Assembly: GCA_964515785.1 (NCBI GenBank)
Contig: CAZEWH010000005.1
Coordinates: 1 to 55,651 of the forward strand
Direction of reading: 5' to 3'
Source of the DNA: an uncultured Gammaproteobacteria bacterium
GTDB lineage: Bacteria; Patescibacteriota; Patescibacteriia; UBA1558; GWA2-36-10
DNA: 55,651 nucleotides
How positions within the stretch are numbered: position 1 is the stretch's first letter; the number at the start of each line of letters is the position of its first letter. Shown here piece by piece: positions 54,793 through 55,651 of this stretch. The translations under genes were made by a program, and so were the position numbers. The notes below the pieces were generated by a model. It worked only from the letters and a program-made list of their open reading frames with translations. It ran no database searches and was not told where the DNA came from.

Positions 54793-55651
54793 ATGTCTAA
54801 TCACAACTCAGCAAAATATGCTTTTTTCTATATGCTGTCGCTAGTAGCTTTGGTATTTGTAGCCCTATCTACTGGGATGATTATTTTTCAGATTATAAAT
54901 ACATTGTAGATATTATTCAGCAATATTCTGGTTCTTATTCACCAGAAGCTATGAAGTTTGCTATTTCAGCTATCATCGTAGCTACACCAATTTATTTTGT
55001 GACTACTCGCTATATTTATAAGAGTCTTTATAAAGGTGAACTCAATAAAGACGCTGGCGTGCGTCGTTGGCTGGGTTATCTGATCTTATTGGTAACTATT
55101 ATTGTCATGATTGGCTGGTTGATTGCTATCATAAATAATTTATTAGATGGCGAATTGACTAGCAAATTTATCTTGAAAGCTTTGACTGCTATTGTCATCT
55201 CAGGGTCTATCTTTTCTTTTTACTTTTATGATATGCGTCGAGAAAAAGTCCAAGGTCGCCAAGATAATGTTTTAAAAACTTATTTTGTGGCTGCTCTAGT
55301 TATAATCATAGCTGTATTTGTGACTTCTCTTTTTATAGTCGAATCACCACTAGAAGCCCGCAACCGTAAAACTGATCAACAGGTTATCAATGATTTTCAT
55401 AATATAGATGGTTTGATATATAATTATTATAAAGAATATGAAAAATTACCTGCTAGCCTCAATGTCTTGCAAGATGAATATCCTCATTTAGATAATGAAG
55501 ATATAGAGCATCCAGCCAGTGGACAAGAGTATGAGTATAATATTTTGGAGGATAATAAATATGAACTATGTGCTGATTTTTTGACAAGCAGTGAAAGTTT
55601 TGATGAAAGAAGGGGTTATTCTATTGCTTATAATAACTGGGAACATGAAGC
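54793..55651 (+). pseudogene. DUF5671-like membrane protein, interrupted by a frameshift near 54898-54909; runs off the window
   Basis: Frame 1 gives MSNHNSAKYAFFYMLSLVALVFVALSTGMIIFQIINTL-stop (TAG at 54907-54909). The -1 frame (open from 54801) continues KYIVDIIQQYSGSYSPEAMKFAISAIIVATPIYF...RRWLGYLILLV...GELTSKFILKAL... with no stop to the window end. Confidence 0.6.

Overview
This is an AT-rich, gene-dense bacterial chromosome segment of about 60 genes on both strands, using the standard genetic code (TGA, TAA and TAG all end clear genes). By inference it comes from a Patescibacteria/CPR-like organism. The evidence is many membrane-anchored surface proteins, orphan pilins, cohesin-type and DUF5671-like proteins, fermentative ldh, and mostly Shine-Dalgarno-less AT-rich genes.

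Recognisable housekeeping genes:
- DNA repair and recombination: a UvrD/PcrA-type helicase, uvrC and uvrA.
- Central metabolism and cell wall: folD-glyA, phosphomannomutase, murI, ldh, an NAD-dependent epimerase, ppsA and an adenosine deaminase.
- Translation, RNA and secretion: trpS, RNase J, secG, tRNA-Ser(GGA) and an SPFH protein.
- Chaperones: groES-groEL behind a perfect CIRCE operator.

Most notable observations:
1. A divergent Elp3 (radical-SAM/GNAT) and Trm9-type methyltransferase pair with overlapping start codons suggests a eukaryote/archaeal-style mcm5U wobble-modification module.
2. The 3' end of a DGR-like reverse transcriptase lies at the window edge, followed by a DUF3800 gene and a structured non-coding stretch.
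3. Three tandem tatA paralogs sit next to a KR-type Tat-signal protein. That protein's ORF is joined, through a single in-frame TAG, to a start-less half cohesin-like domain.
4. About ten visibly GC-richer small genes each carry their own consensus promoter, strong SD and hairpin terminator, embedded among AT-rich, SD-poor genes.
5. Several families of GC-rich palindromic elements are reused as terminators and also occur in leaders, inside the groES-groEL spacer, and in frame at the trpS 5' end.
6. Other items: an orphan ACP pair, a membrane-anchored ClpB-D1-only ATPase, and a frameshifted DUF5671-like gene at the right edge.

No CRISPR array, rRNA gene or obvious transposase was seen.
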